DNA from: an uncultured delta proteobacterium | Lineage (GTDB): Bacteria > Myxococcota > Myxococcia > Myxococcales > Myxococcaceae | DNA length: 64,000 nucleotides | Assembly (NCBI GenBank): GCA_963713045.1 | Contig: CAVQKE010000007.1 | Span: 256,001 to 320,000 of the forward strand | Reading direction: 5' to 3' | Part shown: one piece after another, positions 31,663 through 39,625 of the stretch | How the letters are laid out: each line of letters opens with the position of its first letter | Numbering within the stretch: the stretch's first letter is position 1 | Program-made: the position numbers and the translations under genes | Notes under the pieces: model-generated | What the model saw: only the letters and a program-made list of their open reading frames with translations | Told to the model about the DNA's origin: nothing | Databases searched by the model: none

Positions 31663-32391
31663 CTACTGCGCCGGGGTCTGCTGCAGCACCGGCAAGGCGG
31701 ACGGAGCCGGGCCGAGTCCAATCTCAATGCGGCGGTTTTGGGCGCGGTGCTCGGGGGTGTCGTTGGGGACGGTTGGTTGAAACTTCCCGAAACCGGTGGC
31801 GGCCAGCTGGCTCCCGGGGATACCGGCCTTCTCGAAGAAGTGCACCACCGCCAGGGCCCGCGCACTGGAGAGCTCCCAGTTGGATGGGAAGACCGCGGTA
31901 TGGACGGGGACGTCGTCGGTGAAGCCCGCCACGCGAAACACCTTGCCCTGGACGCCCTTGAGAACGTCGGCCACATTCTTCAGCGTGGCCAAACCTTGCT
32001 GGTGCAGCTTGGCGGACCCGGAGGGGAAGAGCACCTTCTCGGCGAGTCGGACCGTCACCAGGCCGGAGAGCTCCATCACCTGGACTCTCCCCGCAGCAGA
32101 GTCCGCAGCCAGCGCCGCGCTGATGGCTTGAAGGTCCGTGTTTTGTTGCGCCGTACGCTGCGCCTGCTGCTGGGCCGAGGCGTTGGCCTGCTGCAAAGCG
32201 GCCACCTTGGCGTTGAGAGCGTCAATTTTGGCGTTGGCCGCCGCGAGCTGCGCAGCCTGGTCATCGGCCGTCTTCTTGTACTTCTCCGCGTCGGCCTGAG
32301 CGGCCTTGTATTGCTCCTCAGAGACGCCGCCGCAGCCGGCCGCCAGGGCGACGCCCAGAGCCAAAGTGGCAAATGGAATGCTGTTCCGCAT
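31663..32391 (-). CDS. OmpA/MotB-family peptidoglycan-binding lipoprotein with coiled coil
   Basis: Lipobox AAGC; coiled coil; VLFPSGSA, GFTDD.P, SNWELSSARA..V and NRRIEI motifs. Confidence 0.9.
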   Translation of the reverse strand: MRNSIPFATLALGVALAAGCGGVSEEQYKAAQADAEKYKKTADDQAAQLAAANAKIDALNAKVAALQQANASAQQQAQRTAQQNTDLQAISAALAADSAAGRVQVMELSGLVTVRLAEKVLFPSGSAKLHQQGLATLKNVADVLKGVQGKVFRVAGFTDDVPVHTAVFPSNWELSSARALAVVHFFEKAGIPGSQLAATGFGKFQPTVPNDTPEHRAQNRRIEIGLGPAPSALPVLQQTPAQ

Positions 32392-32483
32392 GGTTGACTT
32401 CCTTCGTGTTGGGCAGTGAGTTTTTTCTTAGCGTCCGACGGCCTGCGAAGTCTTTGCGGAGGAGCGCCTCGGCGCAAACGGCC

Positions 32484-35075
32484 TCAGCGGCGAAAGCCAC
32501 CACCACCACCGCCGCCGCCTCCACCGTGAAAGCCGCCCCACCCCCCGCCGCCGCTCGAGCCGCCGCTGTGGCTGTCCGAGCCACCCCAACCACCACCCCC
32601 GCCGCCACTGTCGCTGTGGTCCCAGCTGTCTCCGCCGTAGGAGGAGCTGGCCGACTTCGCATCGCCCTGCTCTCGCGCTTGCGACGACGCCTGATAGGAG
32701 GAGGCGCTGCTGCTGCTCGGCGGCTTGTACGAGGAGGACCCCGAGGTGGTGCTGCTGGGCGGCTTGTACGAGGAGGACCCCGAGGTGGTGCTGCTGGGCG
32801 GCTTGTACGAGGAGGACCCCGAGGTGGTGCTGCTGGGCGGCTTGTAGGAGGAGGAGGACGAGGAGCTGCTTTCCGGCTTGTCCACGTCGCTCCAGGTGCC
32901 GTTGGAATTCTGCTTTTGCGCCTGCCCCGTCTGCGAGTTGTAGTTGTAGACGTTGCCGTCGTGGTCGCCGTAGTAGTTGTCGCCGGACTCGGCGACGTGC
33001 GTTGTTTGGCCGCCCGGGCCGGTAGCCTCCGCATGGCCATAGGTGGCGGACTGGCCGTAGGGCGTCGTCACCGTCGTCTTGCTTCCGGCAGCGGCCACGC
33101 CGGTGTTGGGGTTGTAGGTGGCGCCACGGGTGTTGTAGGCGCTGTTCCCGGTGTACGTGTTGTGCACCTGGGTCGTTTGTCCGGCTGAGGCGCGCCCCGT
33201 CACCGAATTGTAGGAAGTGCCCGCCTTGCTGCTCCAGGCGTTCCCCGTCCACGCGTTGTAGCCGGCGGAGTCGTGGCTGACGACGGAGGTCGCTCCATAT
33301 TGGTGGTACATGTTGCCGCTGGTGGCGGCCCAGCCCCCCGGCCCCCAGGCGGCCGCGCCGCCATACGCGCCGTACGCGGCGCCGTGGTAGGCGTAGGGCA
33401 TCGCTCCCCAGTACGGCACGGGCGCATAACAGGCGTGGGCAACGCCCCACCCAACGGCGAAGCCCACGGCAAACCCTGTCCAGGGCGTGTAGGTCACGTT
33501 GGCCGCGTAGCCGTAGGTGACGGGCGGTGGGTACCAGAGGGTTGCACCGACGTAGGCGACGTAGGTGTAGCCAGTGCCGTACACCACCACGCCGTTGGGT
33601 TCGACCACCACGCCCATGTAGCCAGGGGTGTAGCCAACCACCACCGTGTCCGCCGTCGCGGCGTAAACCTGCACATAGGTGATGTAGAAGAGCGCTGCGC
33701 TTGGCGGAATGGTGTAGATGACGGCAGGCACGAAGGTGGCCACCGTCCACGGGCCATTGAGGCTGGGGGCGGTGAACCAGACGCCCATTTGAACGGCGTA
33801 CCACTGGTTCGGCCCCAGCGTGATGATGGCGTCCGGCGAGTTGAAGACGTAGCTAAGGGGCGTTCCTGGAATGGGCTGCAGAATCGGCGCTCCATTCACC
33901 ACCGGTTGGAAGCTGACTTTCGCCCGGTAGACGGTGGCCATCTGCGGGATGCCGGCGGCAATCGCTGCCTCTTGCGCCTCAGCCGTGCCCGGAACGGAGG
34001 CCAGGACGTTTTCCTTCGGACTGGTGACAGGAATCAGGCCGAAGTCCGGCGGGAGGGCCGTCCCAGGAACGAAGGACCACGGGCCACCGAGGCTGGGCGC
34101 CCGAAACCAGCGGCCGGTCACCAGCACGTAGAACTGCTGGTCGAGCAAGTCCTGGAAAACGTTGCCGTTGGTGTTCCCGACGTACAGCAGCTGTGTTCCC
34201 TCGAGGGGAACCCAATTCATCGGGCCCTCGGTGATGACAATCTCCGTGGGCCGCGTCGCGACCACCACACCTGGAGCTCCGCTGCCCAGCGAGGGCCGCT
34301 GCCCGGTCGTCTGACTGACCGGGCCCTCCATCAAATCCACCGCGTTCGCCTTGGCCAGCGTCTGCGCAACCTCGTACGAGCCGGGGGGCGGCGTATTGGA
34401 TACCGTCCACGGGCCGTTAAGAGACGGCGCCGTCATGAAGCCGTCCAGGACATGGACGTAGACGTTGCCGCCCGCTTGGAGGACCAGCGCCCGGGTGTTG
34501 AGGACGCGGGAAAAGGACGTCCCGGCGACCGGGCGCCAGATGGGGTCGCCGTGGATGAGCACCAGCACCATGGCGCCGGTCCCAAACACAATGCGGGGCG
34601 GCTCGTTCAGGACCGGAACAGTGCGCGCCTTGCGCTGGGCGCCCTCGATGGACACCGCCGCTTCCATGCGTCCCAAGGACATGGTGGCTGGCCCTTGGTT
34701 CATCAGGCTTTGGATGGCCTGCTGGTAGCTGGAGGCCATCTGCGGAGCCGAGGGGAAGGTGGCTTTGGCCACCACGATATTTTGGAAGTGCACCACCCGG
34801 GCCTGCTTGTCGACTTCGGTAAGGGCCGAAATCTCGATGACTCCAAACACCGGGTCCTTCGAGCCCGGCGACAGCACCGAAACGGCGGCGTGCGCCGTGT
34901 AGACGTAGTCATTCCAGCTGTCGAGCTGAGGTTGGTAGATGGTGTACTTCGTCCCGTTCAGCTCCGCGGACTTGGGCCAGGGGTCGGGCGTCACCTGGGA
35001 TGGAGGTGGCCCGGCAGGGGCCTGGGCGAGAGCAAGCGCCGGGAAGGCCAGGACGAAAAGAAGAAGTCGGACCAT
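32484..35075 (-). CDS. Giant secreted protein of unknown function, paralog of 6953..9607, with a 13-aa tandem repeat and Gly-rich tail
   Basis: Signal peptide MVRLLLFVLAFPALALA; colinear with the first copy from TPDPWPKSAELNG to GGGGFRR. Confidence 0.85.
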   Translation of the reverse strand: MVRLLLFVLAFPALALAQAPAGPPPSQVTPDPWPKSAELNGTKYTIYQPQLDSWNDYVYTAHAAVSVLSPGSKDPVFGVIEISALTEVDKQARVVHFQNIVVAKATFPSAPQMASSYQQAIQSLMNQGPATMSLGRMEAAVSIEGAQRKARTVPVLNEPPRIVFGTGAMVLVLIHGDPIWRPVAGTSFSRVLNTRALVLQAGGNVYVHVLDGFMTAPSLNGPWTVSNTPPPGSYEVAQTLAKANAVDLMEGPVSQTTGQRPSLGSGAPGVVVATRPTEIVITEGPMNWVPLEGTQLLYVGNTNGNVFQDLLDQQFYVLVTGRWFRAPSLGGPWSFVPGTALPPDFGLIPVTSPKENVLASVPGTAEAQEAAIAAGIPQMATVYRAKVSFQPVVNGAPILQPIPGTPLSYVFNSPDAIITLGPNQWYAVQMGVWFTAPSLNGPWTVATFVPAVIYTIPPSAALFYITYVQVYAATADTVVVGYTPGYMGVVVEPNGVVVYGTGYTYVAYVGATLWYPPPVTYGYAANVTYTPWTGFAVGFAVGWGVAHACYAPVPYWGAMPYAYHGAAYGAYGGAAAWGPGGWAATSGNMYHQYGATSVVSHDSAGYNAWTGNAWSSKAGTSYNSVTGRASAGQTTQVHNTYTGNSAYNTRGATYNPNTGVAAAGSKTTVTTPYGQSATYGHAEATGPGGQTTHVAESGDNYYGDHDGNVYNYNSQTGQAQKQNSNGTWSDVDKPESSSSSSSSYKPPSSTTSGSSSYKPPSSTTSGSSSYKPPSSTTSGSSSYKPPSSSSASSYQASSQAREQGDAKSASSSYGGDSWDHSDSGGGGGGWGGSDSHSGGSSGGGGWGGFHGGGGGGGGGGFRR
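32719..32856. repeat. 39-bp coding tandem repeat (3 identical units plus a partial), encoding SSSYKPPSSTTSG
   Basis: GGCGGCTTGTACGAGGAGGACCCCGAGGTGGTGCTGCTG at 32719, 32758 and 32797; partial unit at 32836. Confidence 0.95.
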
Positions 35076-35332
35076 GCCTGCTGCCCTCCCCTGGAGAGAC
35101 GTCAAACCAGCGCCGTGGGCGACCTCTCCCACGCTCGGCTTTGCCGCGCCGCGACGTCTAACCGAAAAAGGGGCGTCGCGCACGCCTCTGGGGCGGGCGT
35201 CGGGCAAGGGTTGCACCTCGGCGACAGCGAGATTCAACGTCAGGCGGTGGCGACGCGGCGCGAGGGATGCGTGATGCGCCAGCCGGCCCTCCGCTTCAAG
35301 CTCCAGAGGGCATGGACCCCTGAGGCCCGACC

Positions 35333-36610
35333 TCAGCCGCCCTTCCAGGTGAAGTTGAAGGCGAAGAATTGCAGGTAGGTGTTGGCGTAGCTGCCGGACA
35401 CGGTGCCGGCCAGCGGCCCACGACTCACGTCAACGCTGGGGCTGCCCCACCATTCGAATTCGTAGGCCAGGCCAAACGTCCAATTGCTGTTGGCCGCCCA
35501 TTTGCCTCCGAGGCCAAAACGCCACTGGTCGGCAACGGCCAGGGACAAACTCCGGTTGTCAGCATTTGTCATTGAGCTGTCGTAGGCAGCGCCGAAGTCC
35601 AGCTGCCACCTCTCGCTCAGCTGCACCTGGGCGCCCAAGGCCCCGTGCCAGGTGTTGGTGTAGCCGATGTTGGTGGTGATGGTGTGGCTGTTCTCGTTGG
35701 TCAGGCCAACTTCCACCGTCCCGAAAGCGGCCCAATTGTTCCAGCCGACGTCGGCCATCACCGCCCACTGCTCGGTGAGGGCTTGGAAGAAGCTCAGCAT
35801 CACCGTTTGCGGGACGGTCAGGCCGAGGTTGAGGTTGGCGGTGGCAAAGTTATTTCTGGCAACGATGGCGCTCAGCCCCGGCCCCAGGCCGTGGAAGGTG
35901 GGGACGGCGCCGAAGGCGAGATTGACTGGGGAGGTGTAGGTAATTCCCAGCCGGCTGCCCTTGGTGAATTCCCACAGCAGCCCGACGTCGGCCCCGAAGC
36001 CCCAGGCGTTGGTGGAAATGCCGAGGGCCCCGTCGGCGGCATTCGGTTCCAGGTTTTGAAGCGCGGTGGTGTCCTTGAGGATGCCAAACATGGCATTGAA
36101 GGTGACGCCCACCGAGAGTCCGCCGGCGATGTGCCAGGCGACACTGGGGAGGATGGAGAGCCCGAGCAGAGTGGTCTGGGTGGTGTAGTAGCGCCCCACC
36201 CAGTTGTCGTCCCATTTCTCGGCGGCGCCGAAGTTGGACACCACCCCAAAGCCAACCCGGAAGTCACTCCACGGGGCAAAGGTGGCGAAGAGGCTTCCGT
36301 TGGGAAGGACGCCGATGGCATTGCCCCCGTTGTTGCCGATGACGGTGGTGGCCGAATTGGGGGCGAAGGTGAGGCTGCCGTACACCAACTCGCCGGCGAC
36401 CTCCACCTGGATACCGTCCAGACGCGTCATCCCCGCCGGGTTGGTGAACAGCGTGCTCGGCGCATCGGCCCGCGCCGACCAGCCAGCCGAGGCATAGCCG
36501 ATGTCGGAGCTGCCAATTTCATAGAGGAAAATTCCTCCCGCCTGAGCCGTCCCGGCAAGCACCACGCCCAGCAGCACACCGTACGGCACCCCTCTGCTCG
36601 CTCTCCTCAC
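35333..36610 (-). CDS. Outer-membrane transporter, FadL/OmpP1/TodX family
   Basis: Signal ending AQA, then GGIFLYEIG; A.A.S.LFTNPAGMT.L hatch motif; W.GRY; alternating beta strands; C-terminal FNFTW. Confidence 0.92.
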   Translation of the reverse strand: MRRASRGVPYGVLLGVVLAGTAQAGGIFLYEIGSSDIGYASAGWSARADAPSTLFTNPAGMTRLDGIQVEVAGELVYGSLTFAPNSATTVIGNNGGNAIGVLPNGSLFATFAPWSDFRVGFGVVSNFGAAEKWDDNWVGRYYTTQTTLLGLSILPSVAWHIAGGLSVGVTFNAMFGILKDTTALQNLEPNAADGALGISTNAWGFGADVGLLWEFTKGSRLGITYTSPVNLAFGAVPTFHGLGPGLSAIVARNNFATANLNLGLTVPQTVMLSFFQALTEQWAVMADVGWNNWAAFGTVEVGLTNENSHTITTNIGYTNTWHGALGAQVQLSERWQLDFGAAYDSSMTNADNRSLSLAVADQWRFGLGGKWAANSNWTFGLAYEFEWWGSPSVDVSRGPLAGTVSGSYANTYLQFFAFNFTWKGG

Positions 36611-36700
36611 TCGCCCTCCCCTTGCGACTGCGTGGCGCGACGGACACTAGGGGCCGCGTGGTGAGGGGTCAACGCCCAAACGCCCTGCCCAACGCCGGCA

Positions 36701-37921
36701 TTACAGGGGATGAAGGAAGAGTCCGGAGCGTAACTTTGGCTCGAACCAAGTGGACTTCGGCGGCATGACGTCGCCGGCGTCGGAGATGGCCATCAACTCC
36801 TCCAGGCTGGTGGGCCACAGCGCGAAGGCCACCCTGTCCTCCCCGCGGTCCACCCGCGCCGCCAGCTCGGCCGTCCCGCGAATGCCACCGACGAAGCCGA
36901 TGCGCGGGTCGCGGCGCGGGTCCTCAATCCCCAGGATGGGCCGCAAAAGGTTCTCCTGGAGAATGGCCACGTCCAGTGAGGCGGTGGGCGTCTTTCGCCA
37001 GCTGCCTGGCCGGGCACGCAGCCGCCACCAGCGCCCGCCCAAGTACATTCCAAAGGCATGCCGGCCCTCGGGCTCGGCGCGGTCGGCCGGCGTGACGTCG
37101 AAGCGCTCCTGCACCGAGGCGACAAACGTCTCCGCGTCCAGCCCTCCGAGGTCCCGCACCACGCGGTGGTAGGGAAGAATTTGCATTTGGTCGTGCGGGA
37201 AGGCGACGACCAGAAACCGTTCCGAATCCCCCCCAGGGCGGCCTTGGGCCCGACGCAGCTCCTGCACCCGCGCCGCCGCCGCCGAGCGGTGGTGCCCGTC
37301 CGCAATGTACAGCGTGCCGACGCCGGCCAGCGCCGAGGCCAGGCGTGCTGCGTTTTGCCCCACCGCCCGCCACAGCGTGTGGCGCACGCCGTCGTCGCTT
37401 TCAAAATCGACCTCGGGCTCGACCGCAGTCAACTCCTCCACCAGCGTGTCAAGGGTTGTCTGCGCCCGGTAGGTGAGGAAGACCGGCTCATCGTTGGCGT
37501 TGAGGGCGTCGATGTGCCGGGTTCGGTCGTCCTCTTTGTCCGCCCGGGTAAGTTCATGGCGTTTAATCTGCCCGTCGCGGTAGCCGTCCACCGCGGCACA
37601 GGCCACCACCCCCGTCTGCAGGTGCTCGCCCATCTTCTGCCGGTACAGACGAAAGCCGGCCGCTGCGTCCTGCAAAAGCCAGCCCTCGCTGCGGAAGTGG
37701 CGAAGGTTTTCAGCTGCACGGGCGTAGACGACGCTGTCGTGCTCGTCGATGTCCTCCGGGAAGTCCACCTCGGGCCGGCTGATGCGGAAGAAACTTTTCG
37801 GGTTTCCGGCCGCCAGCAGCCGCGCTTCCGCGCTGCTCACGACGTCATAGGGCGGCACGGACAGCGCGGGGGCAAGGGCCGCCGGCGGCGCGAGGGCTGA
37901 AAAGGGCGTGAGGAGCGACAT
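36701..37921 (-). CDS. DUF1015 family protein (ParB/Srx-like ADGHHR motif)
   Basis: PPYDVV, IKRHELTR.DKE.DR, YIADGHHR and MPPKSTWFEPKLRSGL motifs; ATG at 37921. Confidence 0.92.
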   Translation of the reverse strand: MSLLTPFSALAPPAALAPALSVPPYDVVSSAEARLLAAGNPKSFFRISRPEVDFPEDIDEHDSVVYARAAENLRHFRSEGWLLQDAAAGFRLYRQKMGEHLQTGVVACAAVDGYRDGQIKRHELTRADKEDDRTRHIDALNANDEPVFLTYRAQTTLDTLVEELTAVEPEVDFESDDGVRHTLWRAVGQNAARLASALAGVGTLYIADGHHRSAAAARVQELRRAQGRPGGDSERFLVVAFPHDQMQILPYHRVVRDLGGLDAETFVASVQERFDVTPADRAEPEGRHAFGMYLGGRWWRLRARPGSWRKTPTASLDVAILQENLLRPILGIEDPRRDPRIGFVGGIRGTAELAARVDRGEDRVAFALWPTSLEELMAISDAGDVMPPKSTWFEPKLRSGLFLHPL

Positions 37922-37994
37922 CGCGGAGGGCTGGGTGGCGGCGCAGTATGGCCGGGCGGCGGCTGCCCTGTCCCCCGGCCGAGCCAACTCGACT

Positions 37995-38059
37995 GACCTT
38001 GTAAATTTAGGTCCTTGGGCTTTCTAACCCACCGCGTTGTCAGTGGAATCCTTGTAAAT
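37995..38059. promoter_or_regulatory. Putative operator sites of the divergent RamB/PrpR-type regulator
   Basis: CCTTGTAAAT at 37997-38006 and 38050-38059; the first is embedded in a GACCT-N9-AGGTC dyad. Confidence 0.5.
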
Positions 38060-38092
38060 GCCGGAGGTGGTTGCTACAGGACTTGGCTTCGG

Positions 38093-39607
38093 ATGAATGA
38101 GAACGCCCTCAACGCGTCGGTGGGCGCCAAGCTGCGTGGGCTCCGGCTGAAGCGGGGCATCAAACAGACGGACGCTGCGCACGGCCTCGGCGTCTCCCCC
38201 GCCTACCTCAATCTCATTGAGAAGGGGAAGCGGGTGATGCCCTTCCCGTTGTTGTGGAAGGCGCTGCGCTATTTCGAGCAGGACCCGGAGCAATTCATGG
38301 GTTCCCTTGGCCAGGGGCCGGTGGATGAGACGTTGGCCAAGCTCCTCGACGAGCCGCTGCTCAGGTCGCTGGACATTGACTCGGCGTCCCTCGAGTCGCT
38401 CTCCGCCGAGCCGAAGCTGGCGGGCACGGTGGCGGCCCTCTTCAACCTCTACAAGAATACCCGGCACCAGCTGGAGAAGGTGTCAGCACAGATGACGTCG
38501 CCGCTGGCCGCCCCGGACGCCGCCCTGCGGTTGGACTATTCGCCTTTTGATGAGGTGAGCGACTTTCTCCAAGCCCGAAAGAATTGGTTCCCCGAGTTGG
38601 AGGAGCAGGCAGCGGCACTGGTGCGCGACTTCCGGCTGGAGCGCCAAGTGACTTCCAGCCAGCTGGCCGCTGCCCTCGGCGAGCGCTTCGGCTACAGCGT
38701 CCGCTATGAAGCCTCGGCCACGGGCAGCTCGGTGGTGCGGCGGATGGACCAGGCGGACAAAACGCTCATCCTCTCCCCTGCCCTGACGGAGCAGCCGCTG
38801 AAGTTTCAGCTGGCCGCGTCCATCGGCCTGATGACGCTCGACCAAAACCGTCTGTTGGAGAGCATTCTGGCCGGCGTGCAAATGCGCCATCCGGAGACGC
38901 CCAAGCTGATTAAGGTCAACCTGGCGAACTACTTCGCCGGCGCGCTGCTCCTCAACTACGAGGAATTCTTTCGTCAGGTGCAGAGGACGCGCTACGACGT
39001 CGAGCTACTCAGTCAGATTTTCGGCACCACCTACGAGACGGTGGCCCACCGGCTGTGCAACCTCTCGGACCCGAAGCGCCCGGGCGTGCCCTTCCACTTC
39101 TTAAGGGCCGATGTGGCCGGCAACATCTCCAAGCGCTACAGCGGCACCGGGTTGAAATTTGCCTCCGGCGGCGGCAGCTGCGGCAAGTGGGCCGTCCACC
39201 TCGCCTTCCTCAACCCCTCTCAAATTACCCGCCAATTCTCGATGATGCCGGACGGCACCACCTACTTCTGCTTCGCCAAGGTGCAGCTGCAGCCCATCAG
39301 CGGCTCCATCGTCCGGGGAACGGCCTACAGCATTGGGCTTGGGACCAACGCCGAGAATGCCCAATTCCTCGCCTACGGCCTGCCCACCACGGACCTCAAG
39401 CGTGACGCCGTCCCGTCCGGAATTACCTGCCGCTTCTGCGAGCGCACCGACTGCAACCAGCGCGCGGCGGCCAGCTACCGCTTCGCCTTCTCCTTCGACG
39501 AATACACCAAGAAGGACTGCTTCTTCTCCCCACTCCTCGTCCACGAGGCCGGCAAGGAGCCGCCTCGCAAGGCGCCGCGGCGCACCCCCGAGCCCGCCTC
39601 CAGCTGA
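38093..39607 (+). CDS. XRE-family regulator, short-chain fatty acyl-CoA regulator (RamB/PrpR/PccR, ScfR) type
   Basis: N-terminal HTH LGVSPAYLNLIEKGKR; ANYFAGALL, HRL..L, R.D.AGNISKR.S, GSC.W and GITCRFCERTDCNQRA motifs. Confidence 0.92.
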   Translation: MNENALNASVGAKLRGLRLKRGIKQTDAAHGLGVSPAYLNLIEKGKRVMPFPLLWKALRYFEQDPEQFMGSLGQGPVDETLAKLLDEPLLRSLDIDSASLESLSAEPKLAGTVAALFNLYKNTRHQLEKVSAQMTSPLAAPDAALRLDYSPFDEVSDFLQARKNWFPELEEQAAALVRDFRLERQVTSSQLAAALGERFGYSVRYEASATGSSVVRRMDQADKTLILSPALTEQPLKFQLAASIGLMTLDQNRLLESILAGVQMRHPETPKLIKVNLANYFAGALLLNYEEFFRQVQRTRYDVELLSQIFGTTYETVAHRLCNLSDPKRPGVPFHFLRADVAGNISKRYSGTGLKFASGGGSCGKWAVHLAFLNPSQITRQFSMMPDGTTYFCFAKVQLQPISGSIVRGTAYSIGLGTNAENAQFLAYGLPTTDLKRDAVPSGITCRFCERTDCNQRAAASYRFAFSFDEYTKKDCFFSPLLVHEAGKEPPRKAPRRTPEPASS

Positions 39608-39625
39608 GCGCCTGGGGCCACCGCC

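Noticed and set aside
32719..32856. 39-bp repeats as a CRISPR array
   Set aside because: Units are contiguous with no spacers, are in frame within a CDS, and no cas genes are present.
33273..35378. Long plus-strand ORF (701 aa), and similar shadow ORFs at 47452..49629, 52431..53783, 55566..57260 and 44830..46182
   Set aside because: Antisense shadows of real genes, expected in high-GC DNA; no motifs of their own.
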